Positions 18,950-27,215 of a stretch of 64,000 bases of DNA are shown here, one piece after another. A model generated the notes under the pieces. The model saw nothing but the letters and a program-made list of their open reading frames with translations. It ran no database searches and was not told the origin of the DNA. The number at the start of each line of letters is the position of its first letter. The stretch's first letter is position 1. The translations under genes were made by a program, and so were the position numbers. This DNA is from Candidatus Aenigmatarchaeota archaeon (GTDB lineage Archaea > Aenigmatarchaeota > Aenigmatarchaeia > QMZP01 > QMZT01). The stretch is taken from NCBI GenBank assembly GCA_963726265.1, contig CAVSBQ010000002.1:861795-925794 (forward strand), read 5' to 3'.

Positions 18950-19416
18950 GGCAGCGATACACGTAAGCGTGCGTTTTCCCTTTTATCAGCAGGCCTATCG
19001 CCTCATTCGCTCTCTCGACTTCGTCCCACTTGCCTATTATGGAGATCGTTTTTCCGTAAACGCAGATGTCCGTCTTGGTCAGCGTCTCGATGGTGTGCCT
19101 GCTTTTGCCGTCCCTGCCTATGATTCTTGCTATTGTCCTTTTCATCTGCTTCTCGCTCTCGTCGCCGAGGCTTATCACGTCGAGGCGGAAATCGTCATGC
19201 AGGAGCTTCAGCGCCTTATCTGGCGGCGAAGCCGCGGCCTATCGCCTTCACTATCTCCTTCGCCTTCAGCACGTCGAGCGCCTCGCCATCGATTTCGACG
19301 TCGTCGCCGACCGTGAGCGAGGTGTGAGTCTTTTTCTCGAGCTCCTTTTTTACCGAGCCGTTCTTCCCTATAAGCGCGCCCTTCCTCTGCTCCGGGATTC
19401 TGACAAGCTCAATCAT
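18921..19416 (-). CDS. KH-domain RNA-binding protein (two type-I KH domains), split by a frame change near 19180-19215
   Basis: 19216-19416: [22 protein letters not shown] (GxxG loop). 18921-19178: [19 protein letters not shown] (second KH). The two ORFs are in different frames. Confidence 0.55.
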
Positions 19417-19504
19417 GGGCCATCATAAGAGAATTTTAATAACAGCATAACTTAAATGTTTCACCGTCTGGGCGGCGTTTTCATGAAGCATGACGGCTGT
19501 AAAA

Positions 19505-19816
19505 TCAGATGCCGGAGATGATGCCCCTCTTCCTCAGCCATTCTATCTCGGCGAACCTGTATTTCCATATCACGTTGCCTTTCTCGTCGCTCTCGACTTC
19601 CCACGGCTGGACCAGGACGACGTCCCCGGGCCTTATCCACTGCTTCCGTTTGAACTTGCCCGAGACCCTGCACATGCGCGTCTTCTTGTCGCTGCACTTT
19701 ATCCTGAACCTGCCAGCGCCAAGCATTTCCTCGACGACGCCGAGTACTTCGCGCCCTCTCGGAGTCCTGACCCTGACGACTTCAGGAGCCTGCTCGTGCC
19801 CGTGATGGTAGGCCAT
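19505..19816 (-). CDS. eif1a: translation initiation factor 1A (aIF1A)
   Basis: …RVRTPRGREVLGVVEEMLGAGRFRIKCSDKKTRMCRVSGKFKRKQWIRPGDVVLV, eIF-1A OB fold. Confidence 0.85.
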   Translation of the reverse strand: MAYHHGHEQAPEVVRVRTPRGREVLGVVEEMLGAGRFRIKCSDKKTRMCRVSGKFKRKQWIRPGDVVLVQPWEVESDEKGNVIWKYRFAEIEWLRKRGIISGI

Positions 19817-19898
19817 AATAAGTATTCGCCGGCTGTATTAAAAGATTGCACGTCTCGAGCGCATTGCAGTTCAGTAAATTTTCACGTTCTCCTGCATC

Positions 19899-21437
19899 TC
19901 AGTAAAGATAGCCGAGCTCGAGGATGATTTTCACGTTCTCCTGCATCTCGTTGCCGAGCGATTTGTAGATGTAGGAAGACGCTGGTTTCTTTATTTCAGC
20001 CTTCGCGAGCCTGTGCTCGCTGCCCGCGGCCCACGCCACGAGCGCCTTTACCAGCGTGGCGTAGTCGTCGCTGAGCTGGGTCGCATTGGAAAGCCACGCG
20101 GTCCTGCCGCTGCCTATGCCTTCTATGTTGTAGTTTATCACGCACGCAGGCAGGCCGCTCGCCTTCTGCACGAGGAGCATCTTGTTCTGGTTGCCGCTGA
20201 TCTGGGTGACGTTCTCGTTCACGAGGAAGCTGGCGAATTCCCTCCTTTCAGGCTCCGTCACCCTTACGTTGTCCACGTAGGCTTTCCCGCACCTGTTGGA
20301 AAGGCTCATGTTCGACTGGTCGAGCCCTGCCGCCTGCGCCGACGCGGCCATTTTGCCGTCGACGTAAAGCTTCATGCTGCCGTATTCCGCGGTTATTTTC
20401 ACGTGTTTCCATGTCAGTGACGCGACGAGGACGGATGTGTTCGAACCCGTTGAGCCAAGCGGCGGGGAGCGGTAGAATGAAGTGTATCCCGTCGTCCTGT
20501 TGGTCGAGAGCGAAGCTAAATAAGCATAGCCGCCACCCTTGGCGAAGCCCACGAGCAGGTAAGCGCCGTTCTCAAGGTAAACGTCGAAGTCTATTTCCCC
20601 GCTTGCGAAGGAGTCATAGAACCTGGTGAAAATGAAGGAGTTGTCTTCCCCTGCGTTGCAGCCTTCGCCCGCCAGCTCGAGCGCGGGCGGCGTGCTGCCG
20701 ACTGCGGCGATGTCCGCGTCTCCGGCCCACTGGCCCGTGTTGCCGAAGTTGTCGTAGAACAGTGGTACGTGGATGAAGCGCTCGTAGATGACGTTGGCCT
20801 CCCTGCCGTCCTGCATGGCCGCGTCCGGGAATATTATGCCCGTGCTGTCCGAGACAGTTAAACCTGAATCCAGGCCGAACACCGTTTCCTGCACACTATC
20901 AATCACGTTCAGGTCCGCTATCTCGACCACGCCTTTGTTGTGGCCCAGGAAATTCCTGAGCGCTGCCTGCGTCGCAGCAGGGGTCAGGTCCTCGTAGCCG
21001 CGGACAAGAGTTACGTCGAAATCCAGCGAGAACAGTTCGCTGGCGCTCCCGACTTTCACCACTTCAAAAGTGGTTTTCCTGCCGTTTATGGCAAACCATC
21101 CGGGCGAAAGCATGCTGTTCACCTCTGCGAACTCACTGTCGCTGCAGAGGCAGCCAAGCTTTATCTCCGGCTTGATGGCGTTCTGGAGCGTCACCGCGTA
21201 TATCACGTTCTCCGGCAGCGTGCGGTTAAGCTCCGCGTCGACCTCGGTTTTGTTGAACCAGTCAATCCCCTTGGCGTCAAGCGCGCGGAGCGCGTCGTCC
21301 GCCATCATGCCGAGCTTGGTCTTCTGCCAGTCCGTCGCCGGCCCAGGGATGGAGGCGAACTGGCTGAAAACGAAGAACAGGAGGACGATGATGAGCAGTA
21401 TCTCGACGATGTGCATGAAGCCCTTCATCTTTGCCAT
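19899..21437 (-). CDS. large secreted protein with archaeal type-IV-pilin-like (class III) signal peptide
   Basis: Start placed at internal MAKMKG|FMHIVEILLIIVLLFFVFS: basic residues, Gly, then a long hydrophobic helix, the FlaK/PibD-type prepilin pattern. About 510 aa extracellular portion with no recognisable enzymatic motif. Confidence 0.5.
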   Translation of the reverse strand: MAKMKGFMHIVEILLIIVLLFFVFSQFASIPGPATDWQKTKLGMMADDALRALDAKGIDWFNKTEVDAELNRTLPENVIYAVTLQNAIKPEIKLGCLCSDSEFAEVNSMLSPGWFAINGRKTTFEVVKVGSASELFSLDFDVTLVRGYEDLTPAATQAALRNFLGHNKGVVEIADLNVIDSVQETVFGLDSGLTVSDSTGIIFPDAAMQDGREANVIYERFIHVPLFYDNFGNTGQWAGDADIAAVGSTPPALELAGEGCNAGEDNSFIFTRFYDSFASGEIDFDVYLENGAYLLVGFAKGGGYAYLASLSTNRTTGYTSFYRSPPLGSTGSNTSVLVASLTWKHVKITAEYGSMKLYVDGKMAASAQAAGLDQSNMSLSNRCGKAYVDNVRVTEPERREFASFLVNENVTQISGNQNKMLLVQKASGLPACVINYNIEGIGSGRTAWLSNATQLSDDYATLVKALVAWAAGSEHRLAKAEIKKPASSYIYKSLGNEMQENVKIILELGYLY

Positions 21438-21525
21438 AAGCCCAACCCGAGCCGCATAGCCCAACGGAGCGCAAGCCAAAACAGCGGAACTCAATTTATT
21501 ATTAATGCGGTTTACATTATAAAAC

Positions 21526-22920
21526 ATGGACCTGAAATCCGTTTTCTCCTATCTGGGCTTCGTCCTCGTCGCGCTCGCGGTCTCGATGCTCATTCCCTTT
21601 TTCGCGAGCTTCGTATTCGACGACGGCGTCTACATCCCGTTCCTGCTCGGCGCCTTCATCTCTTTCGTCATCGGCATAATCCTGATAAAGAGGTTCAGGC
21701 GCGAAACTCTCACGCTCGGCGCGGCCATGGTGCTCGCTGGGCTTTCGTTCCTCGTGGTTTCGCTCCTGGGCACCGTCGTCTACCTCGACCACATGCAGCC
21801 GCTGGACGCGCTCTTCGAATCGGTTTCCGGCTTCACGACAACCGGCTTCACCACCGTCGCTCCGGAAACGCTGCCATACTCCATCCTGCTCTGGCGCTCG
21901 CTGACCCAGTGGCTCGGCGGGCTGGGAACGCTGGTCATGATAATCCTCCTCTTGTCCTCGCCGGGGCTGTCCGTCTACTACATGTATAAGGCGGAGGCGA
22001 AGACGTTCAAACTGGAAGCCAACGTCCTGCGCAGCGCGAAAAAGATATTCACGATCTACGGCGTTTACACGCTCGCGGGCATAGTGCTCTTCATGCTCGC
22101 CGGCATGCCAGCCTTCGACTCGCTCAACCATTCGCTCACCGCGGTATCGTCGGGCGGCTTCTCGGTGAAGAACGGCTCGCTCGGCTACTACTCGAGCTTC
22201 ATGATAGAAATCGTCGCCATCATCCTCATGATAATCGGCGCGACCTCGATTTTCATCCACACGAAGCTCTTCGAGGGAAAGCTGAAGATATATCTCAGGA
22301 ACAGCGAGGCGCAGCTGTTCTGGCTTTTCACGGTGATTTTTTCAGTGCTGCTGACGCTCTCATTCCTCCCGCTTGCGGACCCGGTCAGGAGCGGCGTGTT
22401 CCACACCTTCTCCGCGCTCACGTCGAACGCCTTCAGCCTCGGCGTCGCCAGCTACCCCGAGCTTTCGAAATTCATCCTGGTCATGGCCATGCTCATAGGC
22501 GGCTGCGCCGGCTCGCTCGCGGGCGGCCTGCGTCTGGTGAGGGTCGGCATCCTCGGCAAGGCGGTCACGTGGATAAGCAAGAAGATATTCTATCCGACCT
22601 CGGCGGTCGTGCCGTTCAAGTTCGGCAGGAAGACCATAGACGACCAGGAGTTGACCATCATCTCGCTGTTCTCTTTCACCTATCTCATCATACTCGTCAT
22701 CTCGTCGATGCTGTTCAGCTTCATGGGCTATGCGCCGGCGGATGCGTTCTTCGTTTCCGCGTCGGCTGAAGGGAACGTCGGCCTCACTACAATCAGCGTC
22801 GCGGCGATGAACCCTGCTGGAAAGGTTTTGCTGATGATAGACATGCTGCTCGGCCGCCTGGAAATCCTGCCGTTCTTCGTCCTGTTCTTCGTGATTTATT
22901 CCAGACTAAAGTTCAGATGA
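21526..22920 (+). CDS. trkH: TrkH/KtrB-family potassium uptake transporter
   Basis: Repeated M1-P-M2 units with selectivity-filter-like GFTTTGFTT and LGGLGT segments. 464 aa polytopic. Confidence 0.85.
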   Translation: MDLKSVFSYLGFVLVALAVSMLIPFFASFVFDDGVYIPFLLGAFISFVIGIILIKRFRRETLTLGAAMVLAGLSFLVVSLLGTVVYLDHMQPLDALFESVSGFTTTGFTTVAPETLPYSILLWRSLTQWLGGLGTLVMIILLLSSPGLSVYYMYKAEAKTFKLEANVLRSAKKIFTIYGVYTLAGIVLFMLAGMPAFDSLNHSLTAVSSGGFSVKNGSLGYYSSFMIEIVAIILMIIGATSIFIHTKLFEGKLKIYLRNSEAQLFWLFTVIFSVLLTLSFLPLADPVRSGVFHTFSALTSNAFSLGVASYPELSKFILVMAMLIGGCAGSLAGGLRLVRVGILGKAVTWISKKIFYPTSAVVPFKFGRKTIDDQELTIISLFSFTYLIILVISSMLFSFMGYAPADAFFVSASAEGNVGLTTISVAAMNPAGKVLLMIDMLLGRLEILPFFVLFFVIYSRLKFR

Positions 22921-22972
22921 AGAATGTGCTTAAGAGAAATTTCAGCGTAGTGAGCCAGCGAAAGGTTTATAT

Positions 22973-23011
22973 ATCACTTATAGTGATAATATTATCATAA
23001 AAAGTGATAAT
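22973..23011 (+). promoter_or_regulatory. overlapping perfect palindromes ATCACTTATAGTGAT / TGATAATATTATCA plus a third GTGATAATA half-site abutting the mntA start codon; likely autoregulatory operator of the TA module
   Basis: Read directly from sequence at 22973-22997 and 23004-23012. Confidence 0.4.
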
Positions 23012-23599
23012 ATGAAACTCGAGCTAAAAATAGTGGATTTGCTGGCCAGAGACATAGAAAAGAAATTTACAATTAATGAGATAGCAAAAGCTCTGGAAGA
23101 GTACTATTCCTTTGTCCACAGAACTGTCAATAAGCTAAACAAAGACGATGTAATAATCAAAGAAAAAGCTGGCAAATCCTATCTTTGCTCATTGAATGTG
23201 ACGAATGAGAAAACAATGGCATTAATGCAGTTAAGCGAAATTGAAAAAAGGGGTGAATTTTTAAGCCAGAATAAAGAGTTGAAGCTAATTTTGGAGGATT
23301 TTGTCAAAGCCGCAGAAACGCAGGTTGATGCAATTTCTATCGTTCTGTTCGGGTCTTATGCCAAAGGCACAGCAACAAAGGAAAGCGATATTGATATCTT
23401 GCTGATAAGCAGAGGCAAGGCAGGAATTGACAAAATAACAAAAGGTATGTATGCAAAATACGGAAAGGAGATTAGCACAATAATAATGACCCCCGATGAC
23501 TTCAAAAAACAGAAAGATAAGGCTGTAATCAAAGAGATTATAAACAACCATTACATACTCTACGGGGTAGAGAAACTTGTAAACATGGTGTTCAAATGA
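23012..23599 (+). CDS. nucleotidyltransferase-domain protein with N-terminal winged helix (MntA-like antitoxin of MNT-HEPN pair)
   Basis: VLFGSYAKGTATKESDIDILL minimal-nucleotidyltransferase motif (GS…D.D). AT-rich. 4-nt ATGA overlap with the downstream HEPN gene. Confidence 0.7.
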   Translation: MKLELKIVDLLARDIEKKFTINEIAKALEEYYSFVHRTVNKLNKDDVIIKEKAGKSYLCSLNVTNEKTMALMQLSEIEKRGEFLSQNKELKLILEDFVKAAETQVDAISIVLFGSYAKGTATKESDIDILLISRGKAGIDKITKGMYAKYGKEISTIIMTPDDFKKQKDKAVIKEIINNHYILYGVEKLVNMVFK

Positions 23600-24162
23600 G
23601 AGCGAAAGACATAATCACAAGGGCGATGAAGCGGGCCAAAGAAGAAAGAGGCCTTAGAGTGTCAAGGCCAAACGATTATCTAAGCGATGGCCATATCAAG
23701 AAAGCAGACCACAATCTGATTGTTATGACGGATTTGAACAGGCTCGGGCATGAGGATTGGGTCGTAATTTCTGCCTATTATGCAATGTACCAGTCTGCTA
23801 CGGCATTGCTTGCAAAAATAGGGCTGGAAAGCAAGGATCACGCCACAACCGCGGCCGTTCTGGAATACCTTTTCGGCGAGCAGATAAGCAAAGAACTGAT
23901 AGGAAAGTTCAACGAGTTGAAAGAAAGGATTGAAACAATAACCATGGATGAAAAATACATCGACTATTTGTGGAAAACCAAGAGAGCAAGGGAAACTGCG
24001 CAATACGGCATTTCCATAAGCCACAAAGAAACTGATACCATTATGAGAAACGCAAGGGAGTTTGTGAGCAAGATAAAGCTGATGTTAAGTGAACTGAACG
24101 AAAAGCTGGTTGCGATTATCGGCAAGGAGATAGAGGAATTGGAAGAGATATCAAGAAAATGA
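23596..24162 (+). CDS. HEPN-domain protein (HepT-like partner)
   Basis: All-alpha 188-aa protein translationally coupled to the nucleotidyltransferase gene. Canonical Rx4-6H not obvious; RARETAQYGISISH is the closest, so nuclease activity is uncertain. Confidence 0.6.
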   Translation: MRAKDIITRAMKRAKEERGLRVSRPNDYLSDGHIKKADHNLIVMTDLNRLGHEDWVVISAYYAMYQSATALLAKIGLESKDHATTAAVLEYLFGEQISKELIGKFNELKERIETITMDEKYIDYLWKTKRARETAQYGISISHKETDTIMRNAREFVSKIKLMLSELNEKLVAIIGKEIEELEEISRK

Positions 24163-24246
24163 AGAATTCTAAGAAGACCCGGAAAATCATTTTTCTGTAT
24201 ATGCGAGCCCACGAATTTATGTTAACAACTCCTTGCTGTTCTTTAG

Positions 24247-24990
24247 TCATTCAACTATGCGCAGCAGTTCCGCGAGGTCCTTTATCACGGCATCCGGCTT
24301 CTCGCTGCCCTTCAGCTCGAAGCTGTAGCTCCTCCAGCTGGCGCTTTCATCTTTCGGCCGCTCGAGCATGACCGCCTTCATGCCAAGCGCCTTCGCCGGC
24401 CTTATGTCCCTCTCCGGGTCGTCGCCGACGTAGAGAACGCGTTCTTTCGGCACGTCAAGCGCGCGCAGCATGTACCTGAATATCTGCGGGTCGGGCTTTT
24501 CTATCCCGAACCTTTTTGAGGCGATTATCCTGTCGAAAAACTTCGCCAGTCCCGTCCACTGCATCTGCGCGTTCAGCGTGTCGACCCTCTCGTTGGAGAG
24601 GATGATAAGCTTTTTCTTCCGTTGCTTCAGTTCCGCGAGCAGCTCCCTGACCTTCACCAGGCTCTTGTCGTTTCTGAGGACGTATTTCAGGCCGCTCCTG
24701 TAGGCGACGAGCAGCTGCTGGCTTATCTTCGACCTGTCGTTCTTCTTCACCCCAAGCGCTTCCAGCGTCGCTTTTATCAGCGGCAGCTCCTGCGCGAAAT
24801 GCGAGCAGAACGGGTAGTTGAGATTCCTGTTGACCTCCGCCCACGCCTCGACGAACTTCTTACCAGCGACTTCGTAGCCGTTAGCTTCCATGATCCTGAC
24901 GAAGTCGTTCGCCTTAAGCTCCATCACTCTCGGGAAGGGGTCGCTGACCAGCGTGTTGCCGTAGTCGAAGCCTATGCCGTCGATTTTCAT
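24247..24990 (-). CDS. HAD-superfamily hydrolase
   Basis: N-terminal IGFDYGNTLV (DxDxT-like motif I), later …LIILSNE… and …VGDDPERDI motif IV. Confidence 0.7.
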   Translation of the reverse strand: MKIDGIGFDYGNTLVSDPFPRVMELKANDFVRIMEANGYEVAGKKFVEAWAEVNRNLNYPFCSHFAQELPLIKATLEALGVKKNDRSKISQQLLVAYRSGLKYVLRNDKSLVKVRELLAELKQRKKKLIILSNERVDTLNAQMQWTGLAKFFDRIIASKRFGIEKPDPQIFRYMLRALDVPKERVLYVGDDPERDIRPAKALGMKAVMLERPKDESASWRSYSFELKGSEKPDAVIKDLAELLRIVE

Positions 24991-25026
24991 GAGTAGGTTT
25001 TATTTTCATGCCTTTAAAATATTCCC

Positions 25027-25626
25027 ATGGCGCAGGCTTTGCTCAAAATCTACAATTCGCTGCTGAACGACTACGGCCGCCAGGCATGGTGGCCGACGCA
25101 TCGCAGTTTCCAGCCGAAAGAATGGGAGATATGCGTCGGCGCGATTCTCACCCAGAACACGAACTGGAGGAACGTCGAGAAGGCGCTCGACGTCCTTTTA
25201 GAAAATAAAATCATTTCCCCGGAAAAAACCCTTGGGATAAAAACCGAAGAACTCGAAAAACACATCAGGTCTAGCGGCTTCTACAGGCAGAAGGCCATTC
25301 GCCTTCGAACGCTCGCGCAGTTCATCCTCTCATTCGGCAGCTTTTCTGAATTCAACAAAAAAGTTAAGAGGGAAGAGCTGCTGAAGGTGAAAGGCATCGG
25401 CCCCGAGACCTGCGATTCAATCCTGCTATACGCCTGCAACAGGCCGTTCTTCGTCATCGACGCCTACACCAGGCGCTTCGTGCGCTCGCTCGGCATGAAG
25501 ACAAAGCAGACAAAGGCGGGCGGGGATTACGAAAGCCTGCGCAGCCATTTCGAGGCGCGCCTCCCGCGCGACGTCGCGCTCTACAAGGAGTTCCATGCCC
25601 TGATCGTGGAATGGGGGAAGCGGTAA
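25027..25626 (+). CDS. HhH-GPD superfamily DNA glycosylase-like protein (endonuclease III-related, no Fe-S motif)
   Basis: …ICVGAILTQNTNW…LLKVKGIGPETCDSILLYA…FVIDAY…, helix-hairpin-helix Gly/Pro-rich loop with catalytic Asp. Confidence 0.6.
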   Translation: MAQALLKIYNSLLNDYGRQAWWPTHRSFQPKEWEICVGAILTQNTNWRNVEKALDVLLENKIISPEKTLGIKTEELEKHIRSSGFYRQKAIRLRTLAQFILSFGSFSEFNKKVKREELLKVKGIGPETCDSILLYACNRPFFVIDAYTRRFVRSLGMKTKQTKAGGDYESLRSHFEARLPRDVALYKEFHALIVEWGKR

Positions 25627-25684
25627 AATTATAATACCATTAGAAGGTAGTAAAAGCTTTAAAACCAGAAAAACAATTAAAAAC

Positions 25685-27133
25685 ATGAAGGTTTACGATG
25701 CTCTGAAGAAAAGGTATAAAAGCAGAGTTTTGCCGGTGCTGGGAGGTTTAGGCCTGCTGGCAATCGCGGCAGTCCCAGCTTCTGCAGGAGATGGCCCGGA
25801 TAACTTATACGGGGAAAGATTTTACGATGACCTTGTTAACACGAAGCCGACAACTGAGCATGCAAGTAAACCGGCGGAATATGCTGCCGAAATAAAGGAT
25901 GCCAGCAAACACAGAAAAACGCCAAAAAGGACCCTTTCCATTAACTTGACGCAAAACCCCCTAAAAGATTCCGAATCGCTTTCAGACTGCTGGTACGCAT
26001 CCAACCAGATTTTAGGAGAGGGCAATGATTATCTGGGCGAAAAACTGGGACTCGACAAAAACCTGCTGGGCAGGCTTGGCCTTGCGGCAGGAGCCCTGTG
26101 GGGGTCGCATGTTTCTTCTTATTATGCCCATGAAACAGCCCACGATATAGATTTGGAGAGGCGTGGCATAAACCCGGGAATCGATATAGACTTATCGGAC
26201 TGGGGAGGTTTTTTTGCACCCCGCTACAGGCAAAAACCCATTGGTTTCGAAAATTACATAAAATTGGATGACGACGCTATTTTCAGGATAACGGTCAACG
26301 GGCTTAACCAGGACGAGCTTAATGCGAAAAGGGGATGGGAACAGTCCATGCTGAAGGGCGAGCTTAGTTTTTGTGACAGCCTTTCCCACCTTCGGTCAAA
26401 ACTTGAAGATGTGGTTTACATACTGGGCGTAGGCCTTGCAGAACAAAGGTTCGATGCGATATTCAGCGAACTGCCTTCCCGGTATATGTTCGCCGATTAC
26501 CATCAAAAAGGCATCAAGACCGACCCGGACATCTACACAGGTCTTCTCCAGTCCAGAGGCATAAATCTCACCAAGAAAGGTTATCTGATACAGGCCTTGG
26601 CGGCTGATATTTTGTCTTACCCGACATGGGAAAGCCTTGGGTCTGTTTTCAGGTATCTGACTAAAGGGGAAAGGACCGGCAAGCCGTTCACGTTAAAACT
26701 GGCTGACGGCCTTGAAATAACGCCTCCTCTTTTCAGTCTATACTTGACGCCGCTGGGAAGCGTCTGCGAAGCCAGTTCGATGTTCAACCCGGGCGGTAAA
26801 AATCCCTTTAAATTTTCTCTCGGGACTGATCTCGATTTTATCGGGAAAGGAAAGGTCGATCTCCTGAGAATAGGGGGCCAGCTGTACGGCGTCGATTTTC
26901 CGCTCGGGGTTAAGGTCAGCCCGTTCGCTCACGTGAACCTGCAAAAGTCATCTTTATCGCCTGACGGATTTTCAGCCGGGTTTGAGGCTTCTGTCACTCT
27001 AGCCAAAAAAATAAGGCTGCGCGGAAAGGCGGAGATGTGGAGTAGAGACCTGATAAAAAGCATGGTAGTTGAAGGCAAAAGGAGCGGCTTCAAGCTAGCG
27101 CTAGGTTTAGAAGCGGGCATCTGGAGCGATTGA
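25685..27133 (+). CDS. secreted protein with HExxH (HETAH) motif and amphipathic beta-strand-like C-terminus
   Basis: Signal peptide VLPVLGGLGLLAIAAVPASA; HETAHDID at about residue 160. C-terminal alternating pattern …GFKLALGLEAGIWSD. No confident family assignment. Confidence 0.45.
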   Translation: MKVYDALKKRYKSRVLPVLGGLGLLAIAAVPASAGDGPDNLYGERFYDDLVNTKPTTEHASKPAEYAAEIKDASKHRKTPKRTLSINLTQNPLKDSESLSDCWYASNQILGEGNDYLGEKLGLDKNLLGRLGLAAGALWGSHVSSYYAHETAHDIDLERRGINPGIDIDLSDWGGFFAPRYRQKPIGFENYIKLDDDAIFRITVNGLNQDELNAKRGWEQSMLKGELSFCDSLSHLRSKLEDVVYILGVGLAEQRFDAIFSELPSRYMFADYHQKGIKTDPDIYTGLLQSRGINLTKKGYLIQALAADILSYPTWESLGSVFRYLTKGERTGKPFTLKLADGLEITPPLFSLYLTPLGSVCEASSMFNPGGKNPFKFSLGTDLDFIGKGKVDLLRIGGQLYGVDFPLGVKVSPFAHVNLQKSSLSPDGFSAGFEASVTLAKKIRLRGKAEMWSRDLIKSMVVEGKRSGFKLALGLEAGIWSD

Positions 27134-27215
27134 AAGCGCATGTGCCGGGCAATATAGTTATTTTTACATCGTTGAAATTAACAATCTAATAAATAATCGA
27201 GACTAATAGTAAATC

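Noticed and set aside
17861-19123. 420-aa + strand ORF opposite top6B
   Set aside because: Antisense to top6B. Arg/Leu-rich artefact.
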